The notes beneath the pieces were generated by a model, which was not told where the DNA came from, searched no databases, and saw nothing but the letters and a program-made list of their open reading frames with translations. From Mycobacterium conspicuum (lineage in GTDB: Bacteria > Actinomycetota > Actinomycetes > Mycobacteriales > Mycobacteriaceae), in NCBI RefSeq assembly GCF_010730195.1, contig NZ_AP022613.1:2626097-2658096 (forward strand): 32,000 bases of DNA, written 5' to 3'. The stretch's first letter is position 1. Each line of letters starts with the position of its first letter. Both the position numbers and the translations under genes were made by a program. Of the stretch, positions 17,566 through 26,056 are shown piece after piece.

Positions 17566-17942
17566 TAGTAGGTCTCGAATGCCGGCAGCTCGTTCCAGCT
17601 TGGCCACGTCGTCTCCCAGACGCGGCTGATCCGGCCGTCGATGAACGCGGCGATCAGCACCACCTCGATGCGAGTGGGGTCCTCGTCCGGGCGGCTGGTC
17701 GTGATCCATACCCGGCCGGCGACCTTGTCGGCCGCTTCAACCCACGCATCTTCGTCGTACTCGATGGAGTAGGAGATCGGCGTGTCGTAGATCGTGCGGT
17801 GGCTTGCGGCGAACGCGTCGAAATCCTGGGTGATGCCGTTGGAGAACATGATGAAGGACGGATCGTAGAACCGGTCGATGGCCGTAGGGTCCTTCTTCAC
17901 CACCATCTGCTCGAACATCCGACGCAGCACCGCGATGCTCAT
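17565..17942 (-). CDS. NTF2/SnoaL-like small protein
   Basis: 125 aa from ATG 17942 ([19 protein letters not shown]...). The ORF-track start at 17981 is a TTG. It is translationally coupled to the dipeptidase gene. The fold call rests on size and pattern only. Confidence 0.65.
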   Translation of the reverse strand: MSIAVLRRMFEQMVVKKDPTAIDRFYDPSFIMFSNGITQDFDAFAASHRTIYDTPISYSIEYDEDAWVEAADKVAGRVWITTSRPDEDPTRIEVVLIAAFIDGRISRVWETTWPSWNELPAFETY

Positions 17943-18009
17943 GGACCCCAGTCTAGGGTTCTCCGCCAGGACGACCGGCAACTACAGCTTGCCCGCCGCG
18001 CGTGAAACG

Positions 18010-19608
18010 TCAGGGCTGATCGAAGATGGTCATCCCGAGGCCGCTGGGGCTGTTCTGGATATACACCGGTGTCAGCAGGAACGGCGCCATCCCGGTATTG
18101 AACGCCCCGAAGCTGGACGGGTCGGTCGACGTGACCAACGGGCCGGTCGACGCCGTTGTCGTATACGAATACAGCAGCGTCGCACCGTCACTGGTGTAGA
18201 CGGAGATGGTTGTCCCGGCCGGCATGGCCTGGCCGAGCGAGAAGGGGCCGATGGTGATCGGGATTGTGTCGCCGCCGTAAATGGCTGCCGGGATGGCTCC
18301 ATACTGACCACCGGAATCGATCGCCGTGGTAACCGGTTGCGGCGCTCCGCCATTGATCGATACCTCCACGGTGGTCAACGGGGCGCCCGGGACCGACGCG
18401 TTGGGAATCGGCGTCAACGGGTTGGGGCCGAACTCCAGGTAACCCGCGGTGGGGCTGGTTGCGTTGATGAGCACACCCTGACTCAGTTGTCCGGGCAGGG
18501 CCGCGGTCACCGGGGAGGTGTTGGGGCCCAATGCATTTGGGCCGATACCCAGAATGCCGGTACCGCTATCACCCCAGTTGGTGAAGGGTGGCACGTCGGG
18601 GAACACCCACTCGATGGTCGGTAGCTTGGTGATCTCGATCGGGGAAAGGCCTCCGGGGAGCGGGATTTCGATCGGATGCGCCAGGCTCAAGGTGATGCCG
18701 CGGAGTGAAAAGAGCGGGACGTCAACGTTGATCGGCGTGGTCGCGATCCCATTTCCGAAATTCACGGTCGTGTTGAACGTGAGGCAGTAATCGGTGATGA
18801 AATTCCCCGAGCCGGGTTCGCCGTAGGTCACGTGAGTGAACCCGGTGGGCATGCCGAGGTGCTGGAGTCCGATGTCGGTGACGGGGATGACGAGGCCGGC
18901 GGATCCGGTGTCGACGATCACCGACACGCTGCGCCCGCCGTTGACCGAGATATTGACCATCTCGTCGATCGACCCCGAGTTCGTCCCGGTGGTGGACACC
19001 TGGTGCAGCGGGACGGTCGCGTTCACCGCCGTCCCGGCGCCGGCCACCCCGTTCTTGCCGGACAGCCAGCCGCCGAGGCCTCCGACACCCCCGACCGCGC
19101 CGGCACCGCCGGAGCCCCCAGCACCCCCATTGCCGATCAGCCCCGCGTTACCGCCGCTTCCGCCGGCGAGCCCCGCTGCCGTTTGGGAGTAACCGTTGCC
19201 ACCGTTGCCGTACAGGATTCCGCCGGGCTTGCCGTTGGGGTGCGCGGCCGTCCCGTTCGCGCCGTCGCCCACGAGCGGGCGCCCGGTCAGCGCCGCGACG
19301 GGCGAAAACACGGCCAGGCTCTGAGCGCCCGACGCCTCGGCGGCGGCGTACGCACTCTCCGCCGCGCTCAGGGCCTGCACGAACCGCGCATGAAACGCCG
19401 CCGCCCGCGCACTGAGCGCGTGGAACTGCTGGCCGTGACCGGAAAACAGTGACGCGATCGCCGCCGATACCTCATCACCGGCCGCGGCGATCACCCTGGT
19501 GGTCCGGGCCGCTGCGGCCGCATTGACCGCGTCGAGCGACGACCCGATGCTCGCCGCATCTTGCGCGGCCGCCGCCACCACCTCGGGTGCGGTGATCAGG
19601 TAAGACAT
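18010..19608 (-). CDS. PE-PGRS protein with C-terminal PecA-type aspartic protease domain
   Basis: PE domain MSYLITAPEVVAAAAQDAASIGSSL...YAAAE, followed by a short PGRS. The protease domain carries both catalytic triplets: VIVDTGSAGLVIP (Asp codon 18910-18912) and AIDSGGQYGAIP (Asp codon 18316-18318). Confidence 0.9.
   Translation of the reverse strand: MSYLITAPEVVAAAAQDAASIGSSLDAVNAAAAARTTRVIAAAGDEVSAAIASLFSGHGQQFHALSARAAAFHARFVQALSAAESAYAAAEASGAQSLAVFSPVAALTGRPLVGDGANGTAAHPNGKPGGILYGNGGNGYSQTAAGLAGGSGGNAGLIGNGGAGGSGGAGAVGGVGGLGGWLSGKNGVAGAGTAVNATVPLHQVSTTGTNSGSIDEMVNISVNGGRSVSVIVDTGSAGLVIPVTDIGLQHLGMPTGFTHVTYGEPGSGNFITDYCLTFNTTVNFGNGIATTPINVDVPLFSLRGITLSLAHPIEIPLPGGLSPIEITKLPTIEWVFPDVPPFTNWGDSGTGILGIGPNALGPNTSPVTAALPGQLSQGVLINATSPTAGYLEFGPNPLTPIPNASVPGAPLTTVEVSINGGAPQPVTTAIDSGGQYGAIPAAIYGGDTIPITIGPFSLGQAMPAGTTISVYTSDGATLLYSYTTTASTGPLVTSTDPSSFGAFNTGMAPFLLTPVYIQNSPSGLGMTIFDQP
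19039..19281 (-). repeat. PGRS Gly-rich coding repeats
   Basis: GNGGNG/GGAGGSGGAG units in the translation of 18010..19608. Confidence 0.85.
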
Positions 19609-19786
19609 CGCCCATAGGTACCACGAGGCGACGGCGCGTTTCTCGGTTTTGGCGGCCGGTTCGCTCGCCGTTCAAGCTTGCGCTTGAGCCCCGAACGGTC
19701 GAGGGTCCGATTCCACCAATTAGGTTTGTGGGTATGGGCGTGACAACCGGGTACCCGGGTTCAATGGGCAGGGCTGGCCCGGGCCG

Positions 19787-22303
19787 GTGAGTGGCGCGAG
19801 CGAACAGCTTGACGAACTGGTGGCGGCTCGCGATCAGATGGAACATCTGGTGCGGGTCATCGTCGAGATCGGTTCCGATCTGGACCTGGATGTGACGTTG
19901 CGTCGGATCGTCAGTGCGGCGGTGGAACTGAGCGGCGCCCGGTACGGAGCTTTGAAACTGCGTGCCACCGACGCCAGCCCGTCCTCCGTTGTGCGCGCCG
20001 GAATCAACGACGACGCGGCGCGGCGGCTCAGTGGTCTGCCAGTAGGAGCGGGTATCCGGATCGACGATCTGACCGCTGATCCCGAAGGCGCCGCGCTGCT
20101 CGGTGGCGATCCGCCGATGCGGGCACTCCTCGGCCTACCGATCACCGTGCGCGCGGCCGACTTCGGGAGCCTCTACCTGCTCGACGACCGGCCCGGCCAT
20201 GTGTTCTCTGACTCGCAGGAGAACGCCGTGCGGGCGTTGGCCACTGCGGCGGCGGCGGCCATCGACAACGCGCGGCTGTTCGTGCGGGAACGTGAATCGG
20301 CGAAGTGGACGAAGGCCAGCCGCGAGATCACGACGGCATTGTTGTCCGGCGACCCCCGGACGAGGCCGTTGCAACTCATCGTGAACCGCGCGCTGGAGTT
20401 GGCCGGAGCCGAGCAGGCAATCTTGTTGATCCCCAGCGAACCCGATCTGCCCGCCGACCAGGTCGACGCGCTCGTGGTGGCCGCCACGGCAGGCCGCTAC
20501 TCCTCCGAAGTGATCGGCCGGCAGGTGCCGATGGCCGGCTCCACCACGGGCGGTGTCGCGCGTCGCGGCCTGCCGCTGATTACCGATTCCTTTCAATACC
20601 CGATCGAGGGATTCACCGATGTCGGCGAGCGCTCGGCGATCGTCATGCCGCTGATCGCCGACGACGCGGTGCTGGGTGTGATCGCGGTGGCGCGTGACCC
20701 GCGGCAGCCGCCGTTCGACAGCGATTACCTCGAACTTGTCAGTGACTTCGCCCGCCACGCGGCGATTGCCTTGGCGCTGGCGGCGGGTCGCGAACATGCG
20801 CTCAACCAGGAACTCGCTCAAGCCGACAACGTCGATGACGCGGTGCATACCGCGGCGGAGGAATTGCGTCGGATCTGGCGGGCACGCCGGGTCCTGGCCG
20901 TGACCTTCCCCAGCCGCCCTTCCTCCGCTGAGGCAGCGTCCGGGGCACCGCGGCTGGTCTCGGTCGGCGAACCCGCACAGTGGTTCGATCTGCCGCCCCA
21001 GACTCGTCAGCTGCTCGGCTCGGTGCGCGCCGGCGACCTGCTGACCCCCAACACCACGCAGCCCGGAACGGCGGCCATCGCGCTGCAGCATCCCGACGGT
21101 GTGCTCGTCGTCTGGATCGATCTGGCAGAAGAACGGCCGTTCACCCTCGAGGACCAGACCCGGCTCACCGTGCTGGCCGGTCGCCTCGGCCAGGCGCTGC
21201 AGCGGGTGCACCAGGTCGACCAACAGCGCGAAACCGCGCTCGCGCTGCAACACGCCATCCTGGGCCCGGCTGACCTGCCGCACGGGTTCGCGGTGCGCTA
21301 TCAGGCCGCCGCCCGCCCGTTACAGGTCGGCGGCGACTGGTATGACGTCGTCGAGTTGGAGGACGGCCGGATCGCGTTGATCGTCGGCGACTGTGTCGGC
21401 CATGGGCTGGACGCTGCCACCGTGATGGGGCAGCTGCGCAGCGCCTGCCGCGCGCTACTTTTCCAAAATCCAAGTCCCGCAACCGCTCTCGAGTGGCTGG
21501 ACCGGTTCGCGGCCCGGCTGCCCGGCGCCCAGTGCACCACCGCCGTGTGCGCGGTGCTCAACCGCGAGACCGGTGAACTCGTGTACTCCAGCGCCGGGCA
21601 CCCGCCGCCGATCGTGGCGCACGCCGACGGGACCACCCGGATACTCGACGATGGCCACACCATCGCTTTGGGCATCCGACCCCACCGGTCGCGCCCCGAA
21701 GCCAGCGTGATCCTGCCGGCGCGCGGCTGCCTGGTGCTCTACACCGACGGTCTGGTCGAACGTCGCCGCATACCGCTCGATGACGGCATCGCCCGCGCGG
21801 CCGCCTTCGTTCAAGAGGGCCTCGCCGCCCCGCTGGATGACTTGGCGGACCAGATCATGTCCCGTCTCGCCCCCAGCGGCGGCTATCAGGACGACGTGGC
21901 GCTCCTCATGTACCGCCACCCCGCCCCGCTGGAGCTGGAGTTTCCCGCCCACGTCAGCCAGGTCGCGACGACCCGGATGGCGTTACGCAGCTGGTTGAAA
22001 CGAGCCGGGGTGAACGCCGCCGAGACGATGAAGGTGCTGATTGCCGCGGGCGAGGCGGTCGCCAACGCCATCGAACACGGACACCGCAAAAATCCGGACT
22101 GCACGATTCGTCTGGACGCGACCGCGCTGGTCGACGAGGTGCAGTTGACCATCGCCGACACCGGCTCGTGGAAGACCCCCCAACCGGCCGTCAACGCCCA
22201 TCGCGGTCGCGGTATCACCCTCATGCGAGGCCTGATGCACGACGTCACGATCGACCCCGACGCCGCCGGGACAACCGTCCACCTATCCGCGAGGATCACA
22301 TGA
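19787..22303 (+). CDS. Multidomain partner-switching regulator: tandem DevS/DosT-like GAF domains, third GAF-like region, PP2C (SpoIIE) phosphatase, RsbW-like HATPase_c kinase
   Basis: GTG 19787, 838 aa. GAF-A/GAF-B carry LDVTLRRIVSAAVELSGARYGAL, DPPMRALLGLPI, FGSLYLLDD, AIDNARLF and REITTALLSG. The PP2C domain carries VGGDWYDV and GDCVGHGLDAA. The kinase domain carries GEAVANAIEHG, ADTGSW and GRGITLMRGL. Confidence 0.9.
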   Translation: MSGASEQLDELVAARDQMEHLVRVIVEIGSDLDLDVTLRRIVSAAVELSGARYGALKLRATDASPSSVVRAGINDDAARRLSGLPVGAGIRIDDLTADPEGAALLGGDPPMRALLGLPITVRAADFGSLYLLDDRPGHVFSDSQENAVRALATAAAAAIDNARLFVRERESAKWTKASREITTALLSGDPRTRPLQLIVNRALELAGAEQAILLIPSEPDLPADQVDALVVAATAGRYSSEVIGRQVPMAGSTTGGVARRGLPLITDSFQYPIEGFTDVGERSAIVMPLIADDAVLGVIAVARDPRQPPFDSDYLELVSDFARHAAIALALAAGREHALNQELAQADNVDDAVHTAAEELRRIWRARRVLAVTFPSRPSSAEAASGAPRLVSVGEPAQWFDLPPQTRQLLGSVRAGDLLTPNTTQPGTAAIALQHPDGVLVVWIDLAEERPFTLEDQTRLTVLAGRLGQALQRVHQVDQQRETALALQHAILGPADLPHGFAVRYQAAARPLQVGGDWYDVVELEDGRIALIVGDCVGHGLDAATVMGQLRSACRALLFQNPSPATALEWLDRFAARLPGAQCTTAVCAVLNRETGELVYSSAGHPPPIVAHADGTTRILDDGHTIALGIRPHRSRPEASVILPARGCLVLYTDGLVERRRIPLDDGIARAAAFVQEGLAAPLDDLADQIMSRLAPSGGYQDDVALLMYRHPAPLELEFPAHVSQVATTRMALRSWLKRAGVNAAETMKVLIAAGEAVANAIEHGHRKNPDCTIRLDATALVDEVQLTIADTGSWKTPQPAVNAHRGRGITLMRGLMHDVTIDPDAAGTTVHLSARIT

Positions 22304-22614
22304 TGCCCACCTCGCTCACCCTCGACACCGCACGCTGCAGCGAAGGGAAGCTCACGTTGAGGGCAGCGGGGGAGATCGACCTGAGCAATGTCGACGTATT
22401 CGACCAGACCCTCGGCGCTGCCACGGCCGAGGCCGCCGGACGCGGGGAAACCCTCACCGTCGACCTCACCGCGGTGGAGTACCTGGACAGCGCCGCAATC
22501 AACGTGCTGTTCACCCGCGCGGACCATATCCGCCTGCTCGCGAATCCACTGCTGATACCCGTTTTCAAAGTCAGCGGCCTGTCCGAGCTGGTCGCCGTCG
22601 AATCGGCGGGTTGA
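22300..22614 (+). CDS. STAS-domain anti-sigma-factor antagonist
   Basis: Its ATG overlaps the upstream stop (ATGA, 22300-22303). 104 aa with LRAAGEIDLSNVDVF and LTVDLTAVEYLDSAAINVL, where the Ser sits in the usual phospho-acceptor context. Confidence 0.85.
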   Translation: MMPTSLTLDTARCSEGKLTLRAAGEIDLSNVDVFDQTLGAATAEAAGRGETLTVDLTAVEYLDSAAINVLFTRADHIRLLANPLLIPVFKVSGLSELVAVESAG

Positions 22615-22672
22615 CGGCCAAAGGCGTTGCTGCGCAGGATTTTTCAGGCAGCGTCCAAACGGCCGTGAACGG

Positions 22673-23377
22673 TTATTGCGGCGGAGTCGGGGTCATGGAG
22701 CCGATGTAGTAGGTTTCGTGCCCGGTCGGGTAGCCGCCGCCGTCGGTGCAGATATGAACGTGGTCGTAGTGGTTGGCGGTTTCGTTCCCAAGGTCGGCCG
22801 TCCAACTCCCGGACGTGGGTCCCAGGTAGATCTTCTGCCGCCAGATGACGTGGTTGATGCCCCAACGTTTGGCATTCGCCAGGGCGAAGCCGGCGATTTG
22901 GTTGCCGAGTTCGATGCCTTCCGGGCTGTTGTGGTCCGGGATCATCACGTCGATCGCCAATCCGTTGGGATGCCAGGGCAGGGCGTCTTGCCGGTACCCG
23001 TAGATGGTCTTGATCTGTGGAAACAACACGCCGATGACACGCGCCGCCCAGATGGTCTTGACCTGCAGCCTGTCTTCGGACGCGACGCCGGCGGACAACG
23101 CGACCTGGAACTGTTGGCCGGGGCTGGGCGCGTTGGCGGCCAACGATTCGACCTCGGCGGGACTGGCGACGCGGGGGCCGTTGGCCGGCGCGGGCCCCGG
23201 GCTCGGCGGCGGATTGACCTTGGTGGTTTCAACGCGGCTCTGCGGCTGGGGAGGCTGGCCGTGCGACTCGGTGACCTGGGCATAGATCATCGCGGCAGAG
23301 ACGAGGAGCGAGGCGGCGACCGCGGACCAGGCCCCCCGGCTCTTGACTGACGTGCCTTTGTCTCCAAACAAGCCCAC
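22673..23377 (-). CDS. Membrane-anchored/exported LAS-type (M15-like) zinc peptidase homologue
   Basis: GTG at 23377. An N-terminal hydrophobic anchor (AWSAVAASLLVSAAMIYA) is followed by a Pro-rich linker. The C-terminal domain has H-x6-D (WHPNGLAID) and H-x-H (YDHVHI), the LAS metallopeptidase ligand pattern. Confidence 0.75.
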   Translation of the reverse strand: MGLFGDKGTSVKSRGAWSAVAASLLVSAAMIYAQVTESHGQPPQPQSRVETTKVNPPPSPGPAPANGPRVASPAEVESLAANAPSPGQQFQVALSAGVASEDRLQVKTIWAARVIGVLFPQIKTIYGYRQDALPWHPNGLAIDVMIPDHNSPEGIELGNQIAGFALANAKRWGINHVIWRQKIYLGPTSGSWTADLGNETANHYDHVHICTDGGGYPTGHETYYIGSMTPTPPQ

Positions 23378-23513
23378 GCACAGTTACTTTAGTGTCGCGT
23401 GCGACGCGTGTGGCGAACTTCGTCATCTCTGACGCGCCGGTCCGGCGAGTGGGTCACACAGACGGTGCCGCTGGATACCCTTATCAGCACTCGAATCGTG
23501 GTGAAAGGGCGGC

Positions 23514-25028
23514 GTGTCACTTCTGGTCGTGCTCCCCGAGGTAGTGCAGTCGGCGGCCGCCGAGCTGCGTGACATCGGGGCGGAACTGGGTGCGGCGCGG
23601 GTGGTCGCTGCGGCTCCGACGACCGGGCTACCGGCGGCCGGCGCCGACGAGGTATCGGTGGCGGTGGCGGCGCTGTTCACCGGCCACGGTCGGCAGTTCC
23701 ACACGGTTAGCCTGCAGGCCAGCGCGTTTCACCAACGGTTTGTCCGGGCGCTGCACTCGGGGGCCGGGGCGTACCAGCTCACCGAGGCGCTGGGTGGCCG
23801 CCCGCTGATCGGCAACGGCGCCGACGGCGGCCCCGGGCAACCCGGCGGGCCCGGGGGATGGCTCTATGGCAACGGCGGGGCGGGCGGCGCAGGCACGGCG
23901 CCGGGAATGGCCGGTGGGCCCGGCGGGGCCGCGGGGCTGATCGGCGACGGGGGCCGCGGGGGCGCCGGCGGCGCAGGCGCGAATGGGGGGGCCGGCGGCC
24001 GCGGCGGCTTGTTGTTCGGTCACGGCGGAACCGGTGGCCAGGCCGGCAGCGGCGCGGCGGGCGGCGCCGGCGGTGCCGCGGGATTGATCGGCAACGGCGG
24101 CGCGGGGGGTGCCGGCGTGAGCGGGCTTCATGGCGGCCCTGGCGGCAGCGGCGGCGCGCTGCTCGGCCGCACCGGGCCGGTGGGCGCCGGTCCGACGGGC
24201 ACCGTACCGCTGCAGCTCCTCAGCGGCGCTAACGGCGTCGAGCCAGCGATCAACATCTCCGTCAACGGCGGGCCCAGTGTGCCCGTCGTGGTCGATACCG
24301 GATCCGAAGGCCTGGTTATTCCGTTGCGGGACATCGGAATTCTCGGTCTCGGACACCCCACCGGCGTTACCGGCGTCGCCTATGGTTCGGGGATACTTCT
24401 GGTCTGCTGCACCTTTCAAACCACGGTGAATTTCGGGAACGGCATCGTCTCCGCGTCGACTAGCGTCAACATTCCGGTTCTGACGATCCCGATCTCGCTT
24501 GACGGTGTGCGCTTCATGTTGGCGGGCCAGACCTACGGTTACGCCGACGGCATCTTGGGCATCGGGGCCAACGCGACGGCCCCGGGGCCCAGTAGCGTGA
24601 CGACCGCGTTGCCGGGCGAGCTCAACCAGGGTGTGCTGTTCAACGAACCCCAGGGCTACCTGCAGTTCGGGCCCAACCCGCTACCCGCCGGGGTGCCGGT
24701 GGTCGGAGCACCGTTCACCGCCCTGAACGTATCCATCGACAACGGGCCGATGCACAGCGTTTCCGCCATCATCGACAGCGGCGGCGAGCAAGGCTACCTC
24801 CCTTCGTCGATTGGGAGGTCGATCGGGAGCGTGCCGCCGGGCACCACGATCTCGGTCTACACCAGCGACGGGAACACGCTGCTGTACTCGTACACGACAA
24901 CCGCGGGGAACAGCCCGACGGTGGTATCCGGCGACCAGATGAACACCGGCAACGAGCCCTTCGCGCTGGGACCGGTGTACATCTCGTACAGCCCGAGCGG
25001 CGTCGGCGCCACGGTCTTCGACACCTAG
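23514..25028 (+). CDS. PE-PGRS protein with C-terminal PecA-type aspartic protease domain (second copy)
   Basis: GTG 23514 (VSLLVVLPEVVQSAAAELRDIGAEL...), T7SS motif YQLTE, then a longer PGRS. Catalytic motifs are VVVDTGSEGLVIP (Asp codon 24294-24296) and IIDSGGEQGYLP. Its TAG stop overlaps the convergent stop of the next gene (CTAG, 25025-25028). Confidence 0.9.
   Translation: MSLLVVLPEVVQSAAAELRDIGAELGAARVVAAAPTTGLPAAGADEVSVAVAALFTGHGRQFHTVSLQASAFHQRFVRALHSGAGAYQLTEALGGRPLIGNGADGGPGQPGGPGGWLYGNGGAGGAGTAPGMAGGPGGAAGLIGDGGRGGAGGAGANGGAGGRGGLLFGHGGTGGQAGSGAAGGAGGAAGLIGNGGAGGAGVSGLHGGPGGSGGALLGRTGPVGAGPTGTVPLQLLSGANGVEPAINISVNGGPSVPVVVDTGSEGLVIPLRDIGILGLGHPTGVTGVAYGSGILLVCCTFQTTVNFGNGIVSASTSVNIPVLTIPISLDGVRFMLAGQTYGYADGILGIGANATAPGPSSVTTALPGELNQGVLFNEPQGYLQFGPNPLPAGVPVVGAPFTALNVSIDNGPMHSVSAIIDSGGEQGYLPSSIGRSIGSVPPGTTISVYTSDGNTLLYSYTTTAGNSPTVVSGDQMNTGNEPFALGPVYISYSPSGVGATVFDT
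23796..24188 (+). repeat. PGRS Gly-rich coding repeats
   Basis: Repeated GGAGG/GNGGAGG/LIGxGG units in the translation of 23514..25028. Confidence 0.85.
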
Positions 25029-26056
25029 CTGGCCGATATGCGTTGAGCGACTTCGCCATATCGCTCGAAGCGTTCAGCATCGGCGAGTGCGTTATACAAG
25101 ACGATGCGGGTCGCGACTCCTGCGTACTTTGCGACAAGCGCGTCGGCCAAACCATCCCATGTCGACTCGGTGGCGAACACGGCCAGGTGGTCGTCGGTGA
25201 TCTGGGCCGCCATGCCCTTGAAGTCACCGGCCTTCTGCTTCTCCCGCAGCCGGGCGGTCGTGCCCTCAAACCCAGCCTCGTCCAGGATGAAGGAGTAGTT
25301 CGGCGTACTTGCATAGAAACTCATGCTGGCCCGCGCGAGCTCACGCTCGTTGTGGCGTTCTTCGTCGGTGTCGCCGACGATCGTCATGACCGGCACGATG
25401 ACCGCGAGGTCCGACGGTGACCGATTCGATTTCTGCGCTCCGGCAGCAATATTGGGGACGACGTGGCGCGCCAGGTATCCGGGCTCACCGAGCGGATGGA
25501 CGTGGACTCCGTCGGCGACCTCGCCCGCCATGCGCAGCATCCACGGATTGACGGCGGCGATGTCGACCTTGGGGTCGGGCGCATCGATGGATCCCGGGCT
25601 CCACTGCGGCGTGATGAAGTCCAGGTCGTAGAACTCTCCGTGGTGATCGAGCGTCCCCGTCCGGAACGCGGCGAAACACGCCTTCACGGCGTGCACGTAA
25701 TCGTGCAGCCGGGGACCCGGACGCTCGAATTGCACGCCGTATCGCCGCACCACGTGCGTGCGCACCTGGGTGCCCAGGCCCAGCCGGAACTTCCCGTTCG
25801 TCGCCTCTTGGAGTTCCCATGCCGTCGCAGCTGTGACGAACGGGCTACGCGGAAAGGCGACCGCAACGCCGGTCGAGAGCTCCAGACCGGGCGCCGCCTG
25901 AGCTGCCACTGCGGCGTTGAGATAGGCGGTACGGCCGGTTTCGGTGAGCAGGAGGCCAGAAAATCCTGCGGCCTGGGTGCGCCGGGCGGTGTCGCCGATC
26001 AGGGCCAGGGGCAGTGGAACGGTCATCACGTCGACATGCACAGTCGAACGGTACAT
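25025..26056 (-). CDS. LLM-class (luciferase-like) oxidoreductase, probably F420-dependent
   Basis: 343 aa with GFSGLLLTETGR, LSTGVAVAFPRSPF and GKFRLGLGTQVRTHVVRRYG, typical of luciferase-like monooxygenase family proteins in mycobacteria. The start could instead be GTG 26041. Confidence 0.85.
   Translation of the reverse strand: MYRSTVHVDVMTVPLPLALIGDTARRTQAAGFSGLLLTETGRTAYLNAAVAAQAAPGLELSTGVAVAFPRSPFVTAATAWELQEATNGKFRLGLGTQVRTHVVRRYGVQFERPGPRLHDYVHAVKACFAAFRTGTLDHHGEFYDLDFITPQWSPGSIDAPDPKVDIAAVNPWMLRMAGEVADGVHVHPLGEPGYLARHVVPNIAAGAQKSNRSPSDLAVIVPVMTIVGDTDEERHNERELARASMSFYASTPNYSFILDEAGFEGTTARLREKQKAGDFKGMAAQITDDHLAVFATESTWDGLADALVAKYAGVATRIVLYNALADAERFERYGEVAQRISAS

Noticed and set aside
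20135-21283. 382-aa minus-strand ORF inside the GAF-PP2C regulator gene.
   Set aside because: Shadow ORF. It has no motifs and biased composition, and the plus-strand frame carries recognisable GAF, PP2C and HATPase motifs.
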